Of a stretch of 64,000 nucleotides of DNA, positions 25,096-35,712 are shown one piece after another. A program made the translations under genes and the position numbers. The notes below the pieces were generated by a model. It was not told where the DNA came from. It made no database searches and was given only the letters and a program-made list of their open reading frames with translations. Source of the stretch: Eledone cirrhosa (taxonomy: Eukaryota); contig OZ024759.1 in the NCBI GenBank assembly GCA_964016885.1, positions 62,001 through 126,000 on the forward strand. Reading direction: 5' to 3'. Position 1 is the stretch's first letter. Each line of letters begins with the position of its first letter.

Positions 25096-28000
25096 GTACC
25101 CCCCTCCAGACGCTAGGCGAAAAGCCCAAAGGTAACTGTAGCGAACCCACAAGCATGGGCTCCCAGCACAGGCATGAAATGGTAATGAAAGGTACATGGT
25201 AATACAATAAAGAGAAAAACAAAAAAAAATAAGGCTCCAGTGGCCAGTTCACATGAAAACAGTTTGGCAGAGTTTTTTGGGCCAGTGGACTCTTCGACTG
25301 GAACGGGTCGTGGTCTTGTATGTAGGTAAAGGTGGGGCAGAAGGAGCAGGTGTATGCACAAGAGAGAAAGATTGGGGTATTTGTGGCACGGGTGTACGAG
25401 CGTCATTGTGTGCCCTTTTTAGTCTATCCACCAAAATTGTCTCTCTGGACCCCTTAATGTCTACAGTGAAATGTTTGTCAGTACGTGCTAACACACGGTA
25501 GGGTCCAGAGTACGGTTGTGTGAGGGGTGGAGTAACCGCATCGTTTCTGACGAATACATGTGTCCACGAGGCAATATCCCTCGGGACCACAGGTTTTACA
25601 GTTTGTTTCCTAGTATTAATGGGCAATAAGTCCTGAAAATAGGAGCGCAAACGAGATACGCAGGAAACAGGGTCCTGGAAAGCAAGATCAACAGGGGCCA
25701 GCATTTGCCCAGGCAACGCTTGAGGAGCACCATACAGTAATTTGGCCGGGGAGAACCCAAGGTCCTCCTTTATTGATGACCGAATTCCTAACAACACAAT
25801 AGGAAGGTACTCGCGCCAACGTTGAGAGTCTGGATAGGCGCGAAGAGCGGCCTTTAATTGGCGGTGGAATCGTTCCACCATTCTGTTTGAAGCAGGATGA
25901 TAGACTGTGGTCCGAATCTGCTGAGCGCCAATGATCTTTGTGAGCTCAGAGAAAAGATGAGACTCAAATTGTCTACCACGGTCTGTGGTGACTGTAGTTG
26001 GTACCCCAAAGCGGGTAATCCACCCTGATACCAGGGCACGCGCTACAGTCTCGGCAGTTATATCTTGTAAGGGGATGGCTTCAGGCCATTGCGAAAAACG
26101 ATCGATACAGGTCAAGAGGTACGAATATCCACTGCTGAATGGCCAAGGTCCAATGATATCAATGTGGATGTGTTGAAACCGAGCATCTGGAGTACTGAAA
26201 GTACCAAGTGGAGTCCGGATGTGTCTGTGGACTTTAGATCTCTGACACTGTGTGCAGGAACGGCACCAGACAGTAATTTCTCGCCTCATATTGGGCCAGA
26301 AAAATCTAGCCGTTATAAGCTTTACTGTGGCAGAAAATCCTGGGTGAGAAATGCTGTGCAAAGCAAGGAACACAATTCGACGGTGAGTCTCAGGAACAAA
26401 TGGTCGTGGTGAATCCGTAGATACATCACATAGAATCTGCCTGTCGGTGGTCGACAAGGGCAGATATTTGAAGATGCAAGTCGCAAATTCGGCAGAAAGA
26501 GTATCCAACGATTGGAGTGCAGGTTGGTCTGCAGCTAAATGACCTAAGTCGATCTCCTGGGATCACGAGATGGAGCTGATTGGCAAACGTGACAATGCGT
26601 CTGCAACTATGTTATGCGAGCCAGCAATGTGCTGGATTTCATTTGTAAATTGCGAAACATAATCCAGGTGCCTTGTCTCTCTGGGCGAATATCTGTCGGC
26701 TTTAGCCCTCAAAGCGAAGGTCAGAGGTTTGTGGTTGGTTAAAACAGTAAAATTTCTCCCCTCAAGAATGTGAGAGAAATGTTTCACTGACAGATATATG
26801 GCTAATAATTCCCGCCCAAACGTGCTGTAACGCATTTCTGCTGGTTTCAGCTTCCTCGAGAAAAATGCCAACGGTTGTTGGTTTCCAGCGTTGAACTGCT
26901 GTAAAACTGCCCCCACAGCGGTATCAGATGCATCAACACAAAGCGAAAGCTTGGCCTCTGGTACCGGGTGGGCTAGCAAGGAGGAACTAGCGAGTGCTGT
27001 CTTGGCAGTCTGGAACTCTTGAAGCTGTCCTTGTGTCAAGGAAATATCCTCATTCTTCTTACGATTTTTCAAAATGTCAGTAAGGGAAGATGGCAAATTA
27101 GCACAATGAGGAATGAAACACCTATAGAAATTGATTAGGCCTAAGAAGTGACGCAACTGGTGAAGTGTAGTAGGTGGAGGTAAATCCTGTATGGCTTGAA
27201 CTCACTGAGGGAGCGGCCTAATACCTTCGGCGTCGATGAGGTGGCCTAAAAAATTTAGCGAAGTGGAACCAAAAATACACTTTGTGGGATTCACATGAAT
27301 GCGGTAATCCTGAAGTCACCGAAATAAGAGATGCATGTGGCGCATATGCTCTTCCGGAGAGGAACTAGCGACAAGAATATCGTCTATGTAAGCATAAACG
27401 AAGTCCAGACCACGAGTGACTTCGTCTATGAACCGCTGAAAAGTGCTAGCGGCGTTCCTCAGTCCGAAAGGCATGGTAAAAAATTCGAAGGATCCGAAAG
27501 GAGTAATCGCCGTTTTCGGAATATCCTCCTTCCTGACCGGAATTTGGTGGTAGGCTTGCACTAAATCTAGTTTTGAGAAAATCTTACACCCCTGCAATGA
27601 AGATACAAAATCCTGGAGAAGGGGGAATGGGATACCTATCCGTGACGGTCATTACATTTAACCTATAATCCCCAGTGGGTCTCCAGTCGCCGGAAGTCTT
27701 GGGCACCATGTGTAACTGTGAAGCCCAAGGACTCGTAGATGGGCAAATAATGCCCAGCTGCAGCATATGGTCGAACTTGGACCGTGCTACCTTTAATTTG
27801 TCCGCCGGTAAGCGGCGTGGACGCGAAAACACTGGAGCACCGGTGGTGGAAATGAAATGTTCAGTTGAGTGTGTTGGCTCAGTGACTCGAAAATTTCCAT
27901 CGGTGAGCTCCGGGAAAGAACCTAACAACGAATGGTATGCGTCTCCAACGGCAGCGATGAAAAATATGGGGCTGACTGTTGGAGCATCGGCTTTCCAGCC

Positions 28001-29138
28001 ACGAATTGAAAAACCGGTGATGTCATCCACCAGGCGTTGGCCACGGATGTCCACAGTCAAAGAGAAGTTGTGGAGGAAATCCGCTCCTAAGAAAGGGTAT
28101 GGCAAATCGGCAACCGTAAAAATCCACTTAAAATCCCTACGAAGATTTAGGAATTTGAGAGGAAGCGAGATTTGCCCGTACGTCTTTATAGACGAGTGAT
28201 TAACTGCCTGCAGAGTAACGGATGACTCTATGGGGGTATCTTTCAGGCAATGGGCCGGCCAAATACTACAGGGGGCTCCTGTATCCACGAGGAAACCTCT
28301 TCTCGACCTAAGGTCCTTAATGAAGAAATGGCGGTTTGGTGGCTTTATGTTGAGGTCAACTGCCCCATCAGCGGACCTCTTTGGTGTTTCCCGCCTTATG
28401 AAACGAGCAAGGTTGCACACAGTGGTTCGCGCTCTTGGTGAATCGCTCATGGTACCAGCATAAAGATGAAGCTGGTGATTTTGGACAGCGTCTAAATGAT
28501 TGAGATCTTCCGTGGCTGCGCGGGCGCAAACGGGCACCACACCAGACCTTCATCTTCTGGAGCTCCAGGGTGAGTTCCTGAATGGCCTTCTGCATCGCCA
28601 TAATGGCTGAATGAGATGCCATTGTTATACCGTAGGTAATTTGCCCCCCCCCAAAAAATCGTCTCCGTTTAGAAAAATGTCTCCAACACAACAGAAAAGG
28701 AAAACAAAATCGCTTATTTTTCTCTGTCAAACAACTGGACAGGAAAAAGAATGCATCCGAGACTACTTGCAAAGGAGCACCTAACCGAGCGATGTCATTA
28801 ATAAGGTATAGGCAGGGAACTTAAAACTAAAACCAACATGGCGGACTATTTCTCGCCAAAAACACTATTGATGGAGAAGAAAGCCGCCATCTTGTCATCC
28901 TCAAAATTTTTAGCCAGAGAAAAGAAGAAAAGGAGAAAAAAAAAGGAAAAAACATTCATACAATTGCTGTTTGTGTGTAAATAACTTTGGGTGTTTGTTT
29001 TGCACATATGAAGAGTTTGATGTTAAGTGTTACAGAGAAATATGTTTAGATCGGTCAATACAGCCATATCAGAATCAAGTGTGTTGTTCTGTATTAAATG
29101 GTTTTTTTTCTCTCTCTTTTTTATATACACATTTGCTA

Positions 29139-29169
<31 letters not shown>

Positions 29170-29185
29170 AACGTCAGGTCACCAA

Positions 29186-29703
29186 TTTAGGAGATTAGTA
29201 TCAGTGTATATATATATATACATATATATTATCAAGAATGACAATAAATGCAGGTGAGTGTTGTGACATGGTTTTACTTCACAGAAGTAAAATAAATTAA
29301 TATAAATAATTGTTACCACATGTAGATGTTCAGTTGGTCATAACTCCCAGACCGGAGTGTGTAGAGAAGAACAGAAATCTTCTCTTGGAGGTGTTCAAGT
29401 ATTTCTTTAGGCTGCTGGTGTTCTTCTTCTTGCGGGCGAAGGAAGTGAGACAAGAGTCATCTCTTGACAAGGTCTCAGGTGTTCTTGTCCCTTCGAAGTT
29501 CAGGATGCGAAAGAGGCTTATGCCTTGATAGTCCTCAAATATATAGTCCCCAGGGGGACGCAACTCCATTTAGTACATGAATCTGCCAATGGGAGTCACA
29601 CCCGTCGCAAAGGGACGTAACTCCTCTATGTGCTGAGTTACAACTGTCACAAAGGGACGCCACTCCCATACGTGCTGAGTCACAGCCATAAAGGGCCGCT
29701 ACA
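29186..29703 (-). repeat. 5' LTR
   Basis: Adjacent to the PBS at ~29171-29184. Confidence 0.92.
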
Positions 29704-29793
29704 AGTGTGTTCTGTTATTAATTCTGGCAATATTATTACAATAATATGACCCTTCCCAAGTATAACAATATATATATATATATATATATATAG

Positions 29794-30073
29794 AATGATA
29801 TTAAATAAATGGAAACTATATTTATAAAACCATATTTATTCTATTATATATATTTCAAGGGTACCAAAACTTTGGTACACATTCATCAGATAAAATACAA
29901 AGTTTGTTTTATAAATTTTGATATAACCAAGAAAAGATACCTTAATGGTTCAAAACCTGAACCGTTAAGGTGTTTTTTATCTGATGAAAGCGTACCAAAG
30001 TTTTGGTACCCTTGAAATATATATAGAATAAATATGGGTTTATAAATATAGTTTCCATTTATTTAATATCATT
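29794..30073. repeat. Fold-back: ~100-bp inverted arms, each with a hammerhead motif; hairpin in the spacer
   Basis: 29794-29897 is the reverse complement of ~29973-30073. Spacer hairpin ACCTTAATGGTTCA-AAACC-TGAACCGTTAAGGT. Confidence 0.9.
29837..29897 (-). ncRNA. Minimal type I hammerhead motif with palindromic TATATA stem III
   Basis: TATTTTAT-CTGATGA-ATGT-GTACCA-AAGTTT-TGGTAC-CCTT-GAAA-TATATA-TA-ATAGAATA. 8-bp stem I; base of stem II decayed. Confidence 0.65.
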
Positions 30074-30484
30074 GAATATTATTATCCAGAAAACCTGTCG
30101 AGTGCTCTAAATCAGTTATAAACATTTATATTTGTTGAATTACCAACAAATTGAATATCTCTTTTGCTTATATATATATATCTTCGTTCTCTCTTTTGCC
30201 GTTCTTTTTTTTTTCCCTCTGCTTTCTATCTGTCCCCCTTCCTTTATTTCTCATTTCTTTTTCATTAATACTATTATTGATGTAGTAATTTGAATTTATA
30301 AGTTTACAGTTACACATGTATTTTGTATTTCTTATCAGTTTCTGATGAAATGATGGAGGATGTATTTTAAATTGAGTTATGCTGTCTTCAGTGTTTAGCA
30401 ATTTCTAGACAACTCTATCATGGAAACAATTGTTAGACTGTAAATAAATCTCCTTGTTTGTACTGTTGACCATGTTATTCTTCA

Positions 30485-30524
<40 letters not shown>

Positions 30525-30527
<3 letters not shown>

Positions 30528-30841
30528 TCATCATCATCATCATTTTACGTCCACTTTTCCCTGCTTGCAAGGGTGGGACGGGAACTGATTCTGGCCTGAG
30601 TTCTACAGCTGGATGCCCTTCCTAACATCAACCTCATTTACAGTGAGTGCTGGGTGCTTTTTTGCCGTGGCACCTACACGACCTCTTTGCAGTGGAATCT
30701 CATTTCTACAGCTGAGTAAACTGGAGCAATGTGAAATAAAGTGTCTTGCTCAAGGAAACAACACATCACCCGGTCTGAGAATTGAACTCACAACCTTCCG
30801 ATTGCAAGGCCAATGCTCTAACCACTAATCCATGTGCCTCC
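30525..30841 (-). mobile_element. SINE family A copy
   Basis: Reverse complement of 4068-4414 with a (CAT)n tail. Confidence 0.85.
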
Positions 30842-30938
30842 ATATATATATAGTAATAAATGTGAAGACTAAAATCCAAAGAGGGCTCGATAAGGATTAT
30901 ATATATATATATAAAAACCTGAACAGCAAATATTTATG

Positions 30939-31042
30939 TATAAGTACAGATTAAAGTTTAAGCAAAGAATCACTGCTTTCACCCTTAACAGGATCTTCTG
31001 AAACTGAGTTTCAGCGATTTTTTGCTTAAACTTTAATCTGTA

Positions 31043-31048
<6 letters not shown>
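30939..31048. repeat. Fold-back: 37-bp inverted arms, 36-bp spacer
   Basis: 30939-30975 vs 31012-31048, 2 mismatches. Confidence 0.85.
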
Positions 31049-31136
<88 letters not shown>

Positions 31137-31407
31137 AGGTGAAGTTGGAAATAGCACGGAAAATATATTTTAAGGTCTGTTTTTCTTTTCTTTTTCTTTT
31201 CTTTGATTCGTCAAAGTGACATTATTGAAAAAATGAGAGTGACATCATCATCATCATCATTTTACGTCCGCTTTTCCTTGCTTAGGAGTTTTATAATGTA
31301 TATAAAATATAACCGGTTTCGATGTATTAGTAAAATACATCCTATCAAATGTTGAGTATTACAATTAAAAAGAATTACCAATTAAAAATTAAAGATTTAA
31401 AATTAAG

Positions 31408-33458
31408 TGTTGAGGCAAGTTTGTTCATATTTCTTGTTGAGAAGAAGACTGGAAAAATGGAATCTTGTGTATAGATGTAGCCAGAGGCATTTGGACTTAA
31501 CTTGCGTCTTCGAATCACTTTGGTGAGAGTCATTCCACTCTCCATGTGGGCTACACCCAACAGCGTCTGCCTTCACACAACATGTCTGTTCACAGTGCAA
31601 ACTACCAGCACCGCACACAGCCACCTGCTTCCTCGACCCTAGTGTCACGTCACATCCTCCTGCATCTGCTCAGGTGTCTCCCAACTTCCGGCAATCTCCC
31701 TCTTACGGCAGCCCCCCCCCCCTACCCACTGATCGCAAGGATCAATCCCCCCACCACATTGCGATCCCCCCACTGTTGGGGTGCCGCTTTCGTTTTCCTC
31801 TTCCTCGGAGTCACAACAACGACTCTATGGATGTGCAAGACGTGTCGAGGCGTTCCGTCCACAGACACGTGCTTTTGGGAATTTACAGCCGTTACAGTTT
31901 CCTTTCCCCATTGAGATGCGCACCACATGGGCTTGACCCAGACCTCTTTGCCCACTTGTATGAATGTATTTTCTCTCTCTCCACCGGTTACTGTGTCACC
32001 CGTATCTGTATATAGCCCTGTGTGACACAGACTCAGCCTGTCCCACCTGAGGAGACATGTTGTACTAAAACACTGCCCTCATTGGTGAAATGTGTCCCCT
32101 TTCTGCCATGGCCTTGTTCGTGCAATGTTGTCTCTCCATGATCCCATTTCTGTTTGGCCTGTATGCCTCTCTGAAGAAGTGGTTCACCTTCCACTTGTCC
32201 ATCAACAGTTCATCCACAGGGCCCCGCTCCAAGAATATCTCTCTCAGCATTCGCGCTGTCTCCATTTCCCTCCATATCGCCATTCGTCCCGGCCCACAAT
32301 CGACCATCAAGAGATATGTCCCTTGTCGGTAGTGTGTCACGTCCACTGCCAATCGCTTCCAGTTGTGCTCCACCGGGATGTTGCCTGTCTCGTGCACACC
32401 CAGGACTGGGTCAATAGACTGGCATCTGTTGCAGCTTCCGACCACTCTCTGGACACTCTGTCTGCTAACGTCGGAGTAGATTCTTCTGGCTAGGCATGGC
32501 ATGCAACCCCCACAACTCCGAGTCACTCAGCTGACACACTGCAGCTATCCCCTTTTCTGTGTCCACTGGCGTTTCCAGCCAGGCTTTCTTCACCCTGGTT
32601 AATATGTTTGTCCTATTTTTCTCTGAGGGTACAAAACCCACACTCAACTTCAGGCCAAATTCAGTAGACAGCTCTCCCAGAGACCCCAGGCGGCGCTTTA
32701 TCAACATTTCTTCTGCCCCTCTCGTTCGTATTCTCTTCTCACTGGTCTCACCCATCCGAGTACAGTGGCCAAGTCAGTGCAAATCCCTATGATGTGCAGC
32801 CCTCATTTCAGGGTGAGATTCACTCCTCTCAGCACAGCGTCCAGTTCGGCCACATTGATGTGGTTGCAGTCCTCGTCCTTCCTTAGCCAGGCAGTATCCT
32901 CCTCCTCGACACCCCCTATCTCCAGAGTGACCCCTAGTGCTATGCTGCTGGCATCACACCCTACGGTCCCGCTCTCCGATTTGGGGACGTACCAGCGTCC
33001 TCTCACTGGGTCATCCGCCTTTACCCTCCCTACGATCTCCTGCATCATGGCCACTGTCCTCTCTCTTACCCTTGCAAGGTCTCCCCACAGACATCCGCGA
33101 CCTCACCGCCTGTGTGGCATGACATATTTTCGTTCAGTTCACGAAAGTCCAACACCCGTCTGTTCTTGTTCTTCATGGGCTGACCACTGCTATTAAGGGC
33201 AATACTCTACACTTTACCTCCTCCTTCCAAGGAATCAGTATATCCTCCTCCATCCATCTCTGTATGCTGATCAGCTCACTCTATTCGTCAGCGTTGGTGG
33301 ATCTCCCTTCCAGTACCACCCAATGTGTCTGCCTTCACACAACACATCTGCTTACTGTACAAACTGCCAGCGCCACACACAGCCACCTGGTTCCTCGACC
33401 CTCGTGTCACATCACATTCGCTCAGGCATCCCCCAGTGGCAATCTCCCTCCTACAGCA
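31408..33458 (-). mobile_element. Gypsy-type LTR element, heavily deleted (RT N-terminus, RNase H, integrase)
   Basis: PLIAVV.P.KNK.RRVLDFRELN, CDASSIALG...HINVAELDAV, LAVDVTHY...DCGPGR...NGIMER. 3' LTR 31408-31710 after a G-rich PPT; partial 5' LTR 33317-33458 matches 31555-31710. Confidence 0.85.
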
Positions 33459-34063
33459 GCCACACAACAGAGAGAAGTAACCATGGTAATAGCAGCAGCA
33501 GGGCAGCCACACAACAGAGAGAGGTAACCATGGTAATAGCAGCAGCAGGGCAGCCACACAACAGAGAGAGGTAACCATGGTAATAGCAGCAGCAGGGCAG
33601 CCACACAACAGAGAGAGGTAACCATGGTAATAGCAGCAGCAGGGCAGCCACACAACAGAGAGAGGTAACCATGGTAATAGCAGCAGCAGGGCAGCCACAC
33701 AACAGAGAGAGGTAACCATGGTAATAGCAGCAGCAGGGCAGCCACACAACAGAGAGAGGTAACCATGGTAATAGCAGCAGCAGGGCAGCCACACAACAGA
33801 GAGAGGTAACCATGGTAATAGCAGCAGCAGGGCAGCCACACAACAGAGAGAGGTAACCATGGTAATAGCAGCAGCAGGGCAGCCACACAACAGAGAGAGG
33901 TAACCATGGTAATAGCAGCAGCAGGGCAGCCATACAACAGAGAGAGGTAACCATGGTAATAGCAGCAGCAGGGCAGCCACACAACAGAGAGAGGTAACCA
34001 TGGTAATAGCAGCAGCAGGGCAGCCACACAACAGAGAGAGGTAACCATGGTAATAGCAGCAAC
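33456..34063. repeat. Minisatellite, 13 near-identical copies of a 47-bp unit
   Basis: GCAGCCACACAACAGAGAGAGGTAACCATGGTAATAGCAGCAGCAGG at 33456 + 47n. Confidence 0.97.
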
Positions 34064-35325
34064 AGTGGTGGTAGTTGGGTTTTTCACACAGAACAAAATT
34101 ATTTTTAGGGGGAGGGAGATTTTCTGTAAATATGAGTGCGTATGTCAATTGTGTTAGTGGACTGGTCAAGAGCTCAGATGGGGGTGGCGAACGGGGGAAA
34201 TGTAACCTAGAAACAAATTCTATGGGTGAGGGAGGTAAATAGGATTGGCAAAAGTAGGGTTGTAAAGAAATTTTATTTTTGGAATATGGTTTTAGAGAGT
34301 ATGAGTGTGTATGTGTGAGAGTGTATATATGAAAATATACACGTGTGTGTGTGTGTGGACGCGCGTGTGTGTGTTGTGTTGTGGGGGGGGGGATAGAGAA
34401 TCTAATGGGGTGATTACATATTTAATTTTGGTTTAAATCTGTTAAATAGTTTTTCTCTATTTATTCTTTGTTGTTGAGTGAAAGAATCTGAGCACTTGTA
34501 AAGGGTGAAGATATCAAAGTTGGGTAGGGTCATCCCTGCAAATTCTGCAATGTGGCCACTTAAGGGGATTTCTCTTGTGTTTATGTCTCGGATTTGTTGG
34601 TGATAGATGGTCATTCTTTTGCGTAATTACACACCCGTCTGTCCTATGTAGTTATGTCGACAACCACCGCATGTGATTACGTAGATCAGTTTCTCTCAGT
34701 TTCAAGTGAAGATGTTTTTCACTGTAAAAGTTTGGCCATCTTTAAATGTAAATTTTTGTCCTTCAATTAAGTATAGGAATGTTCCACAGTTCTTCTGCAT
34801 TTTGTTACCGTAATGTTGGAGATTGGTTTGTGTGTCTTTGTTCCAGTGAGAATGTGTTTTAGTGATTTGGGTTGCCTTTTACTTTTGATGATCTTGTGTG
34901 TTTCTAGAATCTTTTTCATTTTTTCATCTTTAAATAGAATGGGGAGGTTTTTGTGTAGGTGGTCGAATATTTCGGTGTTTCTGGGGTTGAATGTGCATAG
35001 ATATGGTAAGGTATTGTTTGTGCTTCTGTGGTGGTTGTTGAGTTCACCAAGGAAGATGAAAAAAACTTACCTTTTAATTTTAAATCTTTAATTTTTAGTT
35101 TTTAATTCTTATTAATTCTTTTTAATTGTAATACTCAACATTTGATAAGATGAATTTTACTAATACATCAAAACCAGTAATACTTTATATCCTTTATAAA
35201 ACTTTTTTTTAAAAGAATTGTCCCTCTCATTTTTTTCAATAATGTCATTTTGATGAATCAAAGAAAGGGTAAAAAAAGAAAAACAGACCCTTAAATATAT
35301 TTTCTGTGCTGTTTCCAACTTCACC

Positions 35326-35362
<37 letters not shown>

Positions 35363-35397
35363 CTCTCTCTCTCTCTATATATATATACATGATGATA

Positions 35398-35505
35398 AAT
35401 ATAAAAATTAATTGTTAGAGAACACAGTACCATTCTCTTGAACAAATATAAATATATTTGTTCAAGAGATTGGTACTGTGTTCTCTAACAATTAATTTTT
35501 ATATT
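35398..35505. repeat. Near-perfect palindrome (53-bp arms, 2-nt spacer, 1 mismatch)
   Basis: 35398-35450 vs 35453-35505. Confidence 0.95.
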
Positions 35506-35712
35506 AATGCTCTGCCTGTACACTTATTGCTTGACATAATTCTCTCGCTTACTTTCATTGTTCACTTGTCTTGCATTTTAAACGTATTGAGCAAAATGTC
35601 CTCTTTACTACTGGCTTATCATTCTCACAATTAATCTCTTATCTCTCTTTCTTGATTGGTTTGTACACATACTTTTGAGATATATATATACATGATGATA
35701 TATATATATATA

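Larger units (their letters stand above)
24588..29703 (-). mobile_element. Gypsy LTR retrotransposon with both LTRs, degenerate pol (PR, RT, RNase H, IN), gag largely replaced
   Basis: LTRs 24588-25095 and 29186-29703; TSD AGTG on both sides. PBS TGGTGACCTGACGT (tRNA-Trp-like); PPT CTGGAGGGGGG. Motifs [36 protein letters not shown]; gag knuckle CWYH...C..PC. Confidence 0.95.
31137..35326 (-). mobile_element. Penelope-like element with inverted terminal repeats (31137-31406 / 35074-35326), GIY-YIG remnant at 34414-35050, and nested insertions
   Basis: Minus translation IYVITCGGCRHNYIGQTG..LRKRMTIYHQQIRD...PLSGHI...REKLFNRFKPKLN. Diverged inverted arms carry a decayed hammerhead (GATGTATT-TTACT-AATACATC-GAAA-CCGG-T). 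Confidence 0.75.

Noticed and set aside
33170-33190. TGGTCAGCCC as PBS and LTR end of the 31408 Gypsy
   Set aside because: It translates as part of the RT motif PLIAVVQP..KNK; the true PBS is deleted.
33456-34063. CRISPR-like regular repeat with a palindromic core
   Set aside because: Units are head-to-tail identical with no unique spacers, no cas genes, and the context is eukaryotic.
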